From the NCBI GenBank assembly GCA_031551255.1, contig JAVBNW010000066.1, positions 8,955 to 72,954 of the forward strand: a stretch of DNA of 64,000 nucleotides. The letters are read 5' to 3'. Source of the stretch: Eubacteriales bacterium (GTDB taxonomy: Bacteria > Bacillota > Clostridia > Christensenellales > UBA1750). Below the pieces are notes generated by a model, which saw only the letters and a program-made list of their open reading frames with translations, was not told the origin of the DNA and ran no database searches. The position numbers were made by a program, and so were the translations under genes. Shown in pieces: positions 8,264-18,160 of this stretch. Position 1 is the first letter of the stretch; each line of letters opens with the position of its first letter.

Positions 8264-9949
8264 TTACTCCTGCGATCCGTCCCCGACCGGAAGCGCCCCG
8301 AAGCGCGCGAAAAGTTCCGCGCGGCTTGAGATATCCAGCTTTTTATATATGTTCTTTCCGTAGTAGTTCACGGTGGAATACGCAACCCCCAGCATGCCGG
8401 CGATCTGCCGCAACGTAAATCCTCCCAGCAGAAGCAGGCAGACCTCCTCCTCCCGCTGGGTTAGATTATACCGCGATAACAGCGCGCTGAGAATCTCCTG
8501 CTTCGCGTCGCTTCCCGCGCGCGCGCCGGCCAGCATAAGCAGCTCGCTGCGCGACGCAACGCCGCATTTCGCGCAGACCGCCTTTTGCAGTTCGCGCGCC
8601 TCGGATATCGCGATGCCGATGAAGTGCGCCGCGACATCGACGTCGTGCCCGTCCAGCATATACGCAAGCATGGCGCGTTCTGCCTGTGCCAAGGGCGCTA
8701 TCATCTGCGGCATGCGCTCGATCTCCGCGCACAATGCCGCGATATCCGGGCGCTCCGGCGGAAGGACAATCTCGCTCTCATCGCCCCGTTCGGCATACAT
8801 GCGCCGGGCATGGGCGCTTTTGAGGAAGCGCTCGACAGCGGGCAAAAGGAGCAACAGCAAAAAAGCGCATGCAAGGGTGACCATGGCGCGTTCCAGCTGC
8901 CCGAATGGGAAACCCAGCGCCGTATCCACTAGCACGCCCGCTAGAAAGTGCGGGATCAGGATGGCGCAAAAACAGGCGCGCAACCGCATGAATTTGTTGC
9001 CATAGGTAAAGTATACGGCGTTCATCAGCCAGACGAAGAAGAGATCAGAAAAGAGGTAGGCCGGCTGCATGAAGGCGTCGACCGCGATCCGCTGCATCGG
9101 CCCTTCCAGCAGCAGATAGGCAAGAACTCCGCAGGCGAAGAATATGAGCAGCAAGCGCAGGGATTTCCCCGCCGTGAGATAACGGCTGAGGAAATACATG
9201 CCCGCAAGGGTGAGTGCGTTGGGAATGATCTGTACGACGTCCAATTGCACGCTCTTCGCCAGCTCGGGCCAAATGAAGGAATCGTATAGTGAGAAACCGA
9301 CCTGGACGAGCGCAAGAAACACGAGCGTCGGCCCTATATCTCGCAAGTTGAGCGTGTTTTCCGGGAGCAGGCGGCGGATCTCCATCTCGTTTCCATCGAA
9401 GCGATAGCTGAAGAACAGGCTGACGAGCAGCGTCGCGCACTCGATGGCGAAATACCAGCCGGGCATCGAAACGATGGGCACGATGGTGTACAGATGAACA
9501 TACGCCTGTATGAAGATATACGCCAGCACTACCGCGCGCACTGGATGGATGCCGATGATGAAGAAGAACACCGAATATACGACGCGGTTGACGATAGCCC
9601 CCAGGCATAGGCCCGCAATCAGCGCCGTGGCATAGACGCCCCATGCCCAGGGCATGAAGGGAATGAGCTGGATCGTTCCAAACGCGAGGATGTGCACGGC
9701 CAGCCAAACCGGGCGCGCGCTCGGGCGGTTCTGGTCGGTAAAGGCGAACAAGCAAAACGCGATGGAAGCCATGGTAGCCAACACGAAGATCGTCGACCAT
9801 ACATCGAGGCTTGCCCCGTGCGACGCGGCGATGCTGGCGACAGGCGAATGCTCAAGATCGTGAAAATAAGACGTATACCAACAGTACAACGCGATGAAGG
9901 AAATGATGATAGAAATGGTGTTGCCTTTTGCACGCATGGCAGAACGCAT
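8264..9949 (-). CDS. Polytopic-membrane LuxR-family regulator with tandem HTH, paralog of 6515..8218
   Basis: Shared blocks ALYCWYT, RVxYSxFFFII, QIxPNAxTL, FMQPAYLFxDL, LxxREEEVC; start chosen from RBS GAAGGAG. Confidence 0.9.
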   Translation of the reverse strand: MRSAMRAKGNTISIIISFIALYCWYTSYFHDLEHSPVASIAASHGASLDVWSTIFVLATMASIAFCLFAFTDQNRPSARPVWLAVHILAFGTIQLIPFMPWAWGVYATALIAGLCLGAIVNRVVYSVFFFIIGIHPVRAVVLAYIFIQAYVHLYTIVPIVSMPGWYFAIECATLLVSLFFSYRFDGNEMEIRRLLPENTLNLRDIGPTLVFLALVQVGFSLYDSFIWPELAKSVQLDVVQIIPNALTLAGMYFLSRYLTAGKSLRLLLIFFACGVLAYLLLEGPMQRIAVDAFMQPAYLFSDLFFVWLMNAVYFTYGNKFMRLRACFCAILIPHFLAGVLVDTALGFPFGQLERAMVTLACAFLLLLLLPAVERFLKSAHARRMYAERGDESEIVLPPERPDIAALCAEIERMPQMIAPLAQAERAMLAYMLDGHDVDVAAHFIGIAISEARELQKAVCAKCGVASRSELLMLAGARAGSDAKQEILSALLSRYNLTQREEEVCLLLLGGFTLRQIAGMLGVAYSTVNYYGKNIYKKLDISSRAELFARFGALPVGDGSQE

Positions 9950-10038
9950 ATTTTCATCTCCTTCATCGCCAAACTTATATGATCCGAAAGTAGCGGCGGG
10001 CGGCATTCCCGTTCGCCCGCCGCTGTTCCGCTGATAAC

Positions 10039-12891
10039 TCAGCCTACATTGGTGAGCGCAATGCCATCCCGTACCATAATGAGCCGTGTCTTGCCCGAGT
10101 TATTCCATATTGATTTAGTCTTGACGGAATAACTGCCTGTGGATAGATCGAATCGGAAAGCCTTGTCGACTCCCTTGAGCCAACGGGAGCCCAGGTAGAA
10201 ATCGACTCCCTTGATATCCTCAAATGCCGAAAGATCAAAGCTTACGATGGAGCCGACGCTTCCCGATATGGAGGCAATTTGCTCCTCGGTTGGCCGGAAT
10301 TCGGCAATTCCGTTTGTTACGGTAAACCCAAGCGTTACGCCGCATACGTCGACCTCATTCGAGCGAATAGGCCTATGACTTACCATAATATCAAAACTTG
10401 CAGCCTGGGTCACGCCGTTTTCGGTATAGCTGATGACGACGGCGTTGTCGCCCACGCTAAGTATCGCGCCGTCCGCAGGTGTTGTACCGTATTGCGCAAC
10501 TTGCTTGTCGGGCGCAATATCATACTTGGCCATCACCACAAGTCCGGCGAGATCCAGCGCTTCACCTGTGAAATAAGCCGTTTTCACCGGCAAGGATGTT
10601 GCCTCAATACCCGCGAGAACCGGCTCCCGCACCGCGTCGGTGACCGTAATGGCAAAGCTTGCGGTCATGATTATGCCGTTCTCGGCATAACGCACCGTAA
10701 CCGTGTCATCTTCCATGCCAAGAACCGTGCCATGGGCGGGATTGACTGTATAGTCCGAAACAGTTTTGGCGCCCGAGGCATATTCAGCCCCTACCACAAG
10801 TCCCGTGAGGTCCAGCGCTTCGCCTTCCGTATAGGCAGTCTTCACGGGCGGCTCGAGTATAATAAGCCCCAAAAGCCCCGGCACGTTCTGCTCGCCGTAT
10901 TCGAAGGTCTCAAGCATGCCGATGTCGATGCCGCGAATGGCGGCAGGAGACGGGAAGCGGTTGTTCCCGCACAGGAGCGTTTTGAGGGAAGGATTGTTCG
11001 AAAGGTCAAGTTCCGTCAGCAGGTTGCCGGAGCAGTTCAGGGAGAGGAGATTGGCACAAGCGGAGAGGTCGAGGGCTGCAAGCTGGTTATTTGAGCAGTC
11101 AAGCTCCTCCAGCAGGTTCCTCTCAGTTTGAGCCGCCGCGCGTGCGAATCCCACCACTTCAACGCCTCTGCTCAGCTGCAGAGTTTGGATGTTGTTTCCC
11201 GAGCAGATCAGGGTTTTCAGCTTATGGTTCTCGCGTAGGTCCAGATCGGTTAGCTCATTGTTCCGGCAATCAAGGAAAAAGAGTTCTTGGCAGCCGTCGA
11301 GCCACAAAAGATCAATCTCGTTGTCCGCGCATGTGAGCGCTTTGAGCGCGTTGGCATTAGGCAGGCTCAATGTCGTCAGACGGTTGTTCGAGCAATTGAG
11401 CATTTCGAGCGACGGTAGGTTATCCAAGGGCGAGATGTCGGTGAGCTCATTGTTGGAGCAATCCAGCGTCCTTAGGTTTCTGAAATTCTCGATCCCGCTC
11501 AAATCGGTGATGCCGAGGCCTTTGATATCCAATGTGACGATGTCTTCCGTATCCCGACGATAAACGTCCTCATTCTGGCCTTTGCGCAACTTGGCGAGTA
11601 TGGCGCTTTTCAAGGCGGGGTCGGCGAAAGTGATGGTCTCATCTTCCGGGAGAGGATCGCTTTGCGGATCAAAAAGATACTCCGTTAAATTCAGCAGATC
11701 AAGGCCCTGGATGGCGCTTTCATCCGGAAAGTAGTTCGCGGCGCAGTCTAAAATCGTCAGCGCGGCGTTGTTGCGCAGATCCAAGGTACGCAGCCTGTTT
11801 TCATAGCAGTAGAGGGTTTCCAGAAGCGGGTTGCCGGTTACGCTGAGTCGTTCCAGCCGGTTCACCGGGCAGAAGAGCTCCTTGAGCTCGGGCTGATAGA
11901 ATGTGTCCAGGGTTGTCAGCCGGTTATTGGTGCAGTCTAACGTTTCCAGCCTGGGGGACAGCACCACCAGATTGGTGATTACATTATCCCGACAGGATAG
12001 ATACAGCAGGTTGGGGCAGGCGACAAGCGAAAGCGAAGTAAGATAGTTGTAGCCGCAGAAAAGATACTCCAGGCTGTTGCCCGAAACCGAGATATAGGTC
12101 AGTGCGTTTTGTGAGCAGTCAAGCCGTTTGAGCGCCGGGCAGTTGTTGACGTTTAGAGTTTGAAGCTTGTTTTCCTGGCACTTCAGCAGCGTGAGATTGC
12201 TGCGTCCGTTAACATCAAGACGGGTGAGTTCATTTTCATAAACCTGCACCTCTTCAAGTGTGGGGGTATCAAAAATGTTAAGCGTCTGTAGCTTATTTTC
12301 CCAGGCATAAACGTTTTTAAGCAGCGGTTGTACGGAAACGTCCAGCGAGGCCAATTGATTCTCATAGCATTCGATATACCTGAGTTTCCCCGTTCTGGGC
12401 GCGCTTTTGAGGGTCAGGCTGGTCAACTGATTGTTGTTGCAGCCTAAGAAGTCCAGATCAGCCGCGTCGGACAGATCCAGACTCGTTAGCCGATTGTACT
12501 CGCAATAGACCTGGAACAGCGATGTACAGCCCTCCAGGTTGAGGCTTGTAAGAAGGTTGTTGTTGCAATGCAAGCTTCTCAGTTTCGATAGCCCGGAAAG
12601 GTTGAGCGATGTGATTTGGTTATCCTGACAACGAAGCGTTCCCAGGTTCACGGCATATTCGATGCCGGTTAAGTCGGCAATACCCTTGTTGTCTAGATCC
12701 AGTGAGGATAATCCCGCCATATCGGAGGGATAGATGGGATCGCCCGCAGCTTTGGAAAGCACGCTAAGTAGATTGGCACGGAACACTGGGTCGGGAATAG
12801 CAAGCGGCGTCTCCGCCGCAAGCGCTGTTAAGGGGAGAAGAGACATGATCAGCGCTAGGGCGAGCAGGATCGCCAAAAATTTTTGCTTCAC
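10039..12891 (-). CDS. Secreted internalin-like leucine-rich-repeat protein with two Ig-like (Big_3-like) domains
   Basis: Signal peptide from GTG 12891 (RBS AGGAGG); ~21-aa LxxLxCxxNxLxxL repeats; IPDPVFR and FADPALK caps; 2x PxKTAYxxGEALDLxGLVV. Confidence 0.9.
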   Translation of the reverse strand: MKQKFLAILLALALIMSLLPLTALAAETPLAIPDPVFRANLLSVLSKAAGDPIYPSDMAGLSSLDLDNKGIADLTGIEYAVNLGTLRCQDNQITSLNLSGLSKLRSLHCNNNLLTSLNLEGCTSLFQVYCEYNRLTSLDLSDAADLDFLGCNNNQLTSLTLKSAPRTGKLRYIECYENQLASLDVSVQPLLKNVYAWENKLQTLNIFDTPTLEEVQVYENELTRLDVNGRSNLTLLKCQENKLQTLNVNNCPALKRLDCSQNALTYISVSGNSLEYLFCGYNYLTSLSLVACPNLLYLSCRDNVITNLVVLSPRLETLDCTNNRLTTLDTFYQPELKELFCPVNRLERLSVTGNPLLETLYCYENRLRTLDLRNNAALTILDCAANYFPDESAIQGLDLLNLTEYLFDPQSDPLPEDETITFADPALKSAILAKLRKGQNEDVYRRDTEDIVTLDIKGLGITDLSGIENFRNLRTLDCSNNELTDISPLDNLPSLEMLNCSNNRLTTLSLPNANALKALTCADNEIDLLWLDGCQELFFLDCRNNELTDLDLRENHKLKTLICSGNNIQTLQLSRGVEVVGFARAAAQTERNLLEELDCSNNQLAALDLSACANLLSLNCSGNLLTELDLSNNPSLKTLLCGNNRFPSPAAIRGIDIGMLETFEYGEQNVPGLLGLIILEPPVKTAYTEGEALDLTGLVVGAEYASGAKTVSDYTVNPAHGTVLGMEDDTVTVRYAENGIIMTASFAITVTDAVREPVLAGIEATSLPVKTAYFTGEALDLAGLVVMAKYDIAPDKQVAQYGTTPADGAILSVGDNAVVISYTENGVTQAASFDIMVSHRPIRSNEVDVCGVTLGFTVTNGIAEFRPTEEQIASISGSVGSIVSFDLSAFEDIKGVDFYLGSRWLKGVDKAFRFDLSTGSYSVKTKSIWNNSGKTRLIMVRDGIALTNVG

Positions 12892-13050
12892 TTGGTTCTC
12901 CTCCTGTTGATTTATCATATCGAGCCGCATGCGTAGCAAAAACCCTGAGGCAGAGCAATGCGTTATCCGCTATTCATCCGGACACCCCCCTCCTCCAAGA
13001 CTTTCGTTTAGCCGTGTTCCATGGCAATGGTTGACCGACGACGAAGATGG

Positions 13051-13079
13051 TTGTCAGAGCTGCATGCCGTAGGTATAAT
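13051..13079 (+). promoter_or_regulatory. Sigma-A type promoter for the MalT/BTAD regulator
   Basis: TTGTCA-17bp-TATAAT. Confidence 0.75.
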
Positions 13080-13097
13080 TAAGAAATAGCACATCGG

Positions 13098-13117
13098 GCG
13101 TGAAATGAGCGTGAAAT
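13098..13117. promoter_or_regulatory. Direct repeat with 11-bp period, candidate SARP/winged-helix operator
   Basis: GCGTGAAAT at 13098 and 13109. Confidence 0.6.
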
Positions 13118-13162
13118 ATACCTTTGCATCCGGCAAAGTCATGTATTCTATGAAGGAATAGG

Positions 13163-16100
13163 GTGCAGATTCAAGTGAACTATGTTCCTCTATTGGAATC
13201 CAAGCTTGTGATTCCGGAAATCCCGGACAAAGCTCTTCTTAGCCAGAGAATTAATGATCTCGACATCGCCGGGCATAGGGCGACCATCATCACGGCCCCC
13301 GCGGGATTTGGCAAAACGACCGCGGTCCTCTTGTCGCTGCAAAACCACCGTGAGCATATCCGGTGGTATCGGCTGGAGGAAGACGATTCGTTTCTCCCCT
13401 TGTTTTACGCGCACTTGATGGAAACGCTTTTCCCGGAGAAGAATCGCGAAACGCTTGACAGCATCCATTCCCTCGCCAGCATCAACAATATTGCGAGCGA
13501 ATACTTGCTGCAAAATGCACTCATATGCCAGGATGCGTGGATGCTGTTTTCTCAAAGACCGCAGCCCTTATACTTGGTATTGGACGACTTTCACAACGTA
13601 CTGGAGAACTCGTTGATTGCCGAATCCATCCGTTACTTTATCGCAAATATGCCCAAGACCGTTCGAATCATCGTCATATCGCGGACGGAGACCGGGATTC
13701 TATCCGGCAAGCTGGCCTTTGATCAACGCATTTCGCGCATCGGCGCCGACGAACTGCGCTTTACCGAGGGGGAAGCGGAAAAGCTGCTTGCGGAGAAATA
13801 CCGGCTGGACCTTACACCCTGCCAAATGAAGCAAGTAATCACATATTCGGAAGGCTGGATCGCCGGTCTGACGATGATCTGCCGCCTTGACAACCCGATG
13901 TTTTTTCAGGAATCCAAAGGCTCATACATCATCGCAGCGCCCGACCTATCGGGTCGTTTCAGGCATTATTTCAGTGAATTTATTAACAAGATCGATCAGG
14001 CGATGCTGCTGAACCTTGCCAAAATATCGATCCTTCCCGATTTTTCCTGCGCCGATCTCGAGGCCGTGTTTCATATGCAGGATGCGGAAGACGTGGTGCA
14101 ATGGCTTGAGCAAAAAAACATGTACATCCAAAAATACATGACGAGGCCAGTTATGTATCGTTTTCACTCATTGTTTCGCATGGAGCTCGATGCCTATCTG
14201 CATGAGCATGTGAGCGAGATCGAGATTCAGGGCATGCATCTTGACGCCGCGAGGCATTATCAGCGCTGCGGCGAGCTATGCCTAGCCATCCGTTTCTATA
14301 TCATCGCTGGCCAGATCGATGCGGCCGTCAAGATCGCCGCGGATGAAGGCGTTCGCATCCTGCATTCCGGCAATCCGGAAAAAATTATCCCGGTCATCCT
14401 GGAGTTTCCGGACGATTGCGTGCAGTCCGATCCATACCTGCTGCTTTTTCGCGGGATTTCAGTCATGAACCTCAATCCCAAGGAGAGCTATCAGTGTTTT
14501 CTCAACTCCCTTCTGCTGTTCAGGAAAAGCCGCGACGTCACGCTGATGATGGATGCCTTGGGCATGACCATCCCGATGTCCTTCGTAAAGAACAATTTTG
14601 CCTATATCAAGAGCTCGCTCAGCCTTGTGCCGAAGCTCAGGGTCTTGCTAACGGACAAAGATGGGCGCAGAAAGCTGCTGCTTGCCGCCTTTATGGGCGC
14701 GGCCGGTTCGGACAGGCTGTGGTTGGGTGGGTTTCTCTATCGAATCCTAGAACATATGGATATTAGCGAACCGGTATGGGAGTACTGCTTTTATCTGGTC
14801 AAGGGCGTTGTCCTGTATCGAAGGGGTAAATTGACGGAAGCGCTAAAAAACAACGACAAAATACTGGGGCACGAGGTTGCCCGGCGCAGCGACCAGTGGA
14901 AAATCATAGCGCTATCAAGCTGCCACAACGGCCCCTGGCTTTCGGGAGATATGGAAGCGTCGCAAAGGTATCGGAGCGATTTCGCCGCATTGGCAGAAAA
15001 ATACGATTCGCCGTTTGCGCGCGGCTACGCCCTCCGGTTGGCGGCTTACAATAAGCATCAGACCTTGGATTTTTCCGGCATGATCGAACTGATGAACGAT
15101 GCGGCCTATGCGTTTTCGCAGGATGGCAATCCGGTCATGGTATGCGTCATCAACACAACGAGATACCTTTGGGAGGCGGAAGCGAAGGAACCGCAACCCT
15201 ACGCCGAACTGGCAGCGGAGGAACTGAATAAGCTTCAAGCGCTTCATCCTAGCCAAGGATTTATCGAACTATGCAAGACCATAACGGGAGCACTCTACAA
15301 GGAGTGTGGACGTTACGACGAAGCGGAAGCCCTGCTTAAGCACGCATATGAAACGTCGCGCCGTAAAGGGGCGAGGCAGAGCATGTGCGGGCCCCTGCTT
15401 CATATGGCCGACTTGTATTACAGAAGGAACAACTTCGATGCGGAGAGGAAATGCCTCGCCATCTTCGGGCGCATCGTGACGCGTTATGGCTACGAGTATT
15501 TTCGTGAGATGAACTATACCACGCTGATTCGCGTGTGCGCGCGTTGCATGGAAAAGGGCATATATCCCCATAAAATGCGCAGGATCATCACGCGCTACTT
15601 TGGCGAACGAGGAGCGGATCTCATATCCGAGAATCCATCGACGGCAGTCATCGATCCTAAAGCATTTATGGCCAATTTTTCGCCCTCCAAGCAAGGACCC
15701 AACATCATCAGGGTTGAGTTCTTTGGCAGCTTTAAGCTGTGCACCGAGGGAATGCAAATCGATGATACCGCCTGGAAGACGCGAAAAACCGGCGGCATTT
15801 TGAAGTATATATTGGCATCCGCCGGAAAAGCCGTTCCCAGGGAAGCTTTGGCCGCGATGTTCTGGCCGGAATCCGAGGCGAAGGCCGCCTCGACCTCCCT
15901 GCGGGCGGCGTTGTATGAGCTCCGAAAAGCATTGGCGCGTTTTGACTTAGCTTTTGAAAGCGAAACTGCATTGCTAGCCGAGAATAAAAACGGTTTCCTC
16001 GTTGCCGAGGATACGATTGTTCAAACCGATGTAAACGACTTCATCCGGCTATATGAAGGATATGGATCGGGAAAGCTGCCCTCAGAGGAAGTAAAGCATG

Positions 16101-16477
16101 CGCTCGTTGGCGTCACGCAGCTATACAAAGGCGATTTTCTTGAGGAAGATCCCTATGATGAATGGGTTATCATGTTGCGGGAGCGATACAGATCCATGTA
16201 CGTTGAGGCATCGCATAGTCTTGCGCAGATTTACTGGAGTGCTGGTGAGTTTGATGCGGCGCAATCGTTGCTGCAACGCCTTATGGAAATTGACCCGTTG
16301 GATGAGGAAGCATGCGGATTGCTGATCGGCGTCTATCAAGCAACGGATCAAAAAAACCGGGCGAGTTCGCTGAGGCGGCAGTTCGTTAAGCACTTTGAGG
16401 CGGAAATGGGCATAAAACCTGAACTAAGCGTCAAGAACAACATTCCAGCGGCCAAAAGCGCAGTTTTTCGGAAATAG
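13163..16477 (+). CDS. MalT-like STAND NTPase + TPR + winged-helix/BTAD transcriptional activator
   Basis: APAGFGKTT Walker A; LVLDDFH; SEGWIAGL; YRFHSLF; C-terminal FFGSF..REALAAMFWPE..LYKGDFL..DPLDEEA. Confidence 0.92.
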   Translation: MQIQVNYVPLLESKLVIPEIPDKALLSQRINDLDIAGHRATIITAPAGFGKTTAVLLSLQNHREHIRWYRLEEDDSFLPLFYAHLMETLFPEKNRETLDSIHSLASINNIASEYLLQNALICQDAWMLFSQRPQPLYLVLDDFHNVLENSLIAESIRYFIANMPKTVRIIVISRTETGILSGKLAFDQRISRIGADELRFTEGEAEKLLAEKYRLDLTPCQMKQVITYSEGWIAGLTMICRLDNPMFFQESKGSYIIAAPDLSGRFRHYFSEFINKIDQAMLLNLAKISILPDFSCADLEAVFHMQDAEDVVQWLEQKNMYIQKYMTRPVMYRFHSLFRMELDAYLHEHVSEIEIQGMHLDAARHYQRCGELCLAIRFYIIAGQIDAAVKIAADEGVRILHSGNPEKIIPVILEFPDDCVQSDPYLLLFRGISVMNLNPKESYQCFLNSLLLFRKSRDVTLMMDALGMTIPMSFVKNNFAYIKSSLSLVPKLRVLLTDKDGRRKLLLAAFMGAAGSDRLWLGGFLYRILEHMDISEPVWEYCFYLVKGVVLYRRGKLTEALKNNDKILGHEVARRSDQWKIIALSSCHNGPWLSGDMEASQRYRSDFAALAEKYDSPFARGYALRLAAYNKHQTLDFSGMIELMNDAAYAFSQDGNPVMVCVINTTRYLWEAEAKEPQPYAELAAEELNKLQALHPSQGFIELCKTITGALYKECGRYDEAEALLKHAYETSRRKGARQSMCGPLLHMADLYYRRNNFDAERKCLAIFGRIVTRYGYEYFREMNYTTLIRVCARCMEKGIYPHKMRRIITRYFGERGADLISENPSTAVIDPKAFMANFSPSKQGPNIIRVEFFGSFKLCTEGMQIDDTAWKTRKTGGILKYILASAGKAVPREALAAMFWPESEAKAASTSLRAALYELRKALARFDLAFESETALLAENKNGFLVAEDTIVQTDVNDFIRLYEGYGSGKLPSEEVKHALVGVTQLYKGDFLEEDPYDEWVIMLRERYRSMYVEASHSLAQIYWSAGEFDAAQSLLQRLMEIDPLDEEACGLLIGVYQATDQKNRASSLRRQFVKHFEAEMGIKPELSVKNNIPAAKSAVFRK

Positions 16478-16508
16478 CATTTTGCGGCATCGCGCAGTGG
16501 CCAACGAG

Positions 16509-16646
16509 CTATGAAGGTATCCGTGTGGAAGATGTGATGTCGCAGGTAACGCCGTAGTCCTTCATGAGCTGGGCTTTGATGAGGGAATACTCTTTTTCGG
16601 CAATGAGCCGTTTGGTTAGCAACTGCTTTAACATGGCGAGTTGCAT
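16509..16646 (-). CDS. Small SHOCT-like ORF of the type found before ICE serine recombinases (possibly a remnant)
   Basis: MQLAMLKQLLTKRLIAEKEYSLIKAQLMKDYG. Confidence 0.6.
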   Translation of the reverse strand: MQLAMLKQLLTKRLIAEKEYSLIKAQLMKDYGVTCDITSSTRIPS

Positions 16647-16942
16647 AAGGACCGAGGCCGAACCTCCGCGGCTAACGCCAAACCGTAGTGCACGGTTGCG
16701 GGAAACCCGCCGGCGTATGCGCGCCGCCAGCGAAGGAGAGAAATCAGGCTGCCCGGCGGCAAGGCAATCTGATCCGGATGGCCGCCCTGCCATCCTTAAC
16801 GGTTGGTTCGCTCGCGAGGCGCCGTCCACGCCGCCGCTGAGGAGATATGCAAGAGCTGCTGGTCGGAATTTAAGAGGATGGCTCGGCAATGGGCGCGCCG
16901 GGCGCTGGGGTTGTGAAAGGCGTGTAGTCTTTCATGGTGACG

Positions 16943-16976
16943 TGGGCGTTTTCTTCTTAAAAAAGAAAACGCCCAT
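16943..16976. terminator. Inverted repeat / hairpin
   Basis: TGGGCGTTTTCTT...AAGAAAACGCCCA. Confidence 0.5.
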
Positions 16977-17216
16977 TACGCACATGCGTAACGAGCGCTG
17001 TGTAACTCTGATACCGTGATCGCTCAAGGCGAACGAAGAAACTGTATGTGGTGAGTATAGATGGCCCGTCCATTGTTTATCAACGCATATCAGGGCTATT
17101 CTGAAAATAAACGCATGTTTTCGCCAGCGGAAAACGTATAACGGGCGTAATACGTTTTCGGGCAGTTTTTACGTTTTGTTTTTCGCATTATTATTGCTGC
17201 CCAGGATTCCGTCACG

Positions 17217-18067
17217 ATGAATGCGTCCGTCGTGTACAGGATGCCCGATAGCACCACTTTCCATATACCCGCAGATAAGGCCACCCCGATCGCCGAGACA
17301 ACGCCCACGCCATCGCCAACGAAGGCAACCCCGGAGCCGACGGATGCCGCCGCATATGCCGCGTATCTCAAGGGCTTGCCGGAAGATCAACTGGAGAGCA
17401 TCGGGCAAGCCATGAAACAACTTCAGCTCATCCTCACGCCGCTCTCGGATGAGACGGTGGACGCTTTCCTGGCGTTCATTGGCGCGGTTGGCAAAAAGCA
17501 GGATCTGCCGCAGAGCGTGCCGGACGAAAGCGTTTATGATAACGCAATTCTTCTGGTGTTTTCGCAGGAAGGCATGTCCTACACAAGACCGATCATGCGG
17601 CTGTGGGCGAAAAGCCGAAAGGATCGGTTAGCTCTGAGTATGCCGCGTACTTTGACCTGATGAGCAATCTCAAAAACAGCAGAATGATCGATCACTTCGA
17701 CGACGGCACGCTGCGCGTTTCGTGGGGCGTGTTCGGGGATGCCCTTGCATGGCGGCTGAATTTTTGCACCGCTCATCCGAGCTTCTGGCAAACATTGAAT
17801 ATGAAGGACCGACTGATGACCGATCTGGGCATCTATCTGGGCTGCATTGAGGTCGGCAACCCGCTTTACGTGTACAACGATGAAACGAAGGGGCTTTGGG
17901 ACGAAGTCAAGGAGAGCTACGAGCGCTTCGTTGCATCGTATCCCGATTCCGCAGCGATGCCCTTGGTTTCCGGCGCGCTGGCCGAATGGGAAAAGAACGG
18001 GTATAAGTACAACGACGCCATGGATGCGTATCTTGAAATCGTGAACTACAAAGGAATCCTCGAGTAG
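17217..18067 (+). pseudogene. 5'-truncated, frameshifted gene for a probable extracellular protein with P/T linker
   Basis: ORFs 17217..17660 and 17603..18067 join if one C is restored near 17590 (GMSYTRP-DHAAVGEKPKG). Confidence 0.65.
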
Positions 18068-18160
18068 TTAATAATCAAACGTGTTCTTGGGCGCGTCATC
18101 TGCCCATGGCCGAACGCGGGCATCATGCCGTCTCCGCGCCCCGGGGGCACGGGCCCCGCC

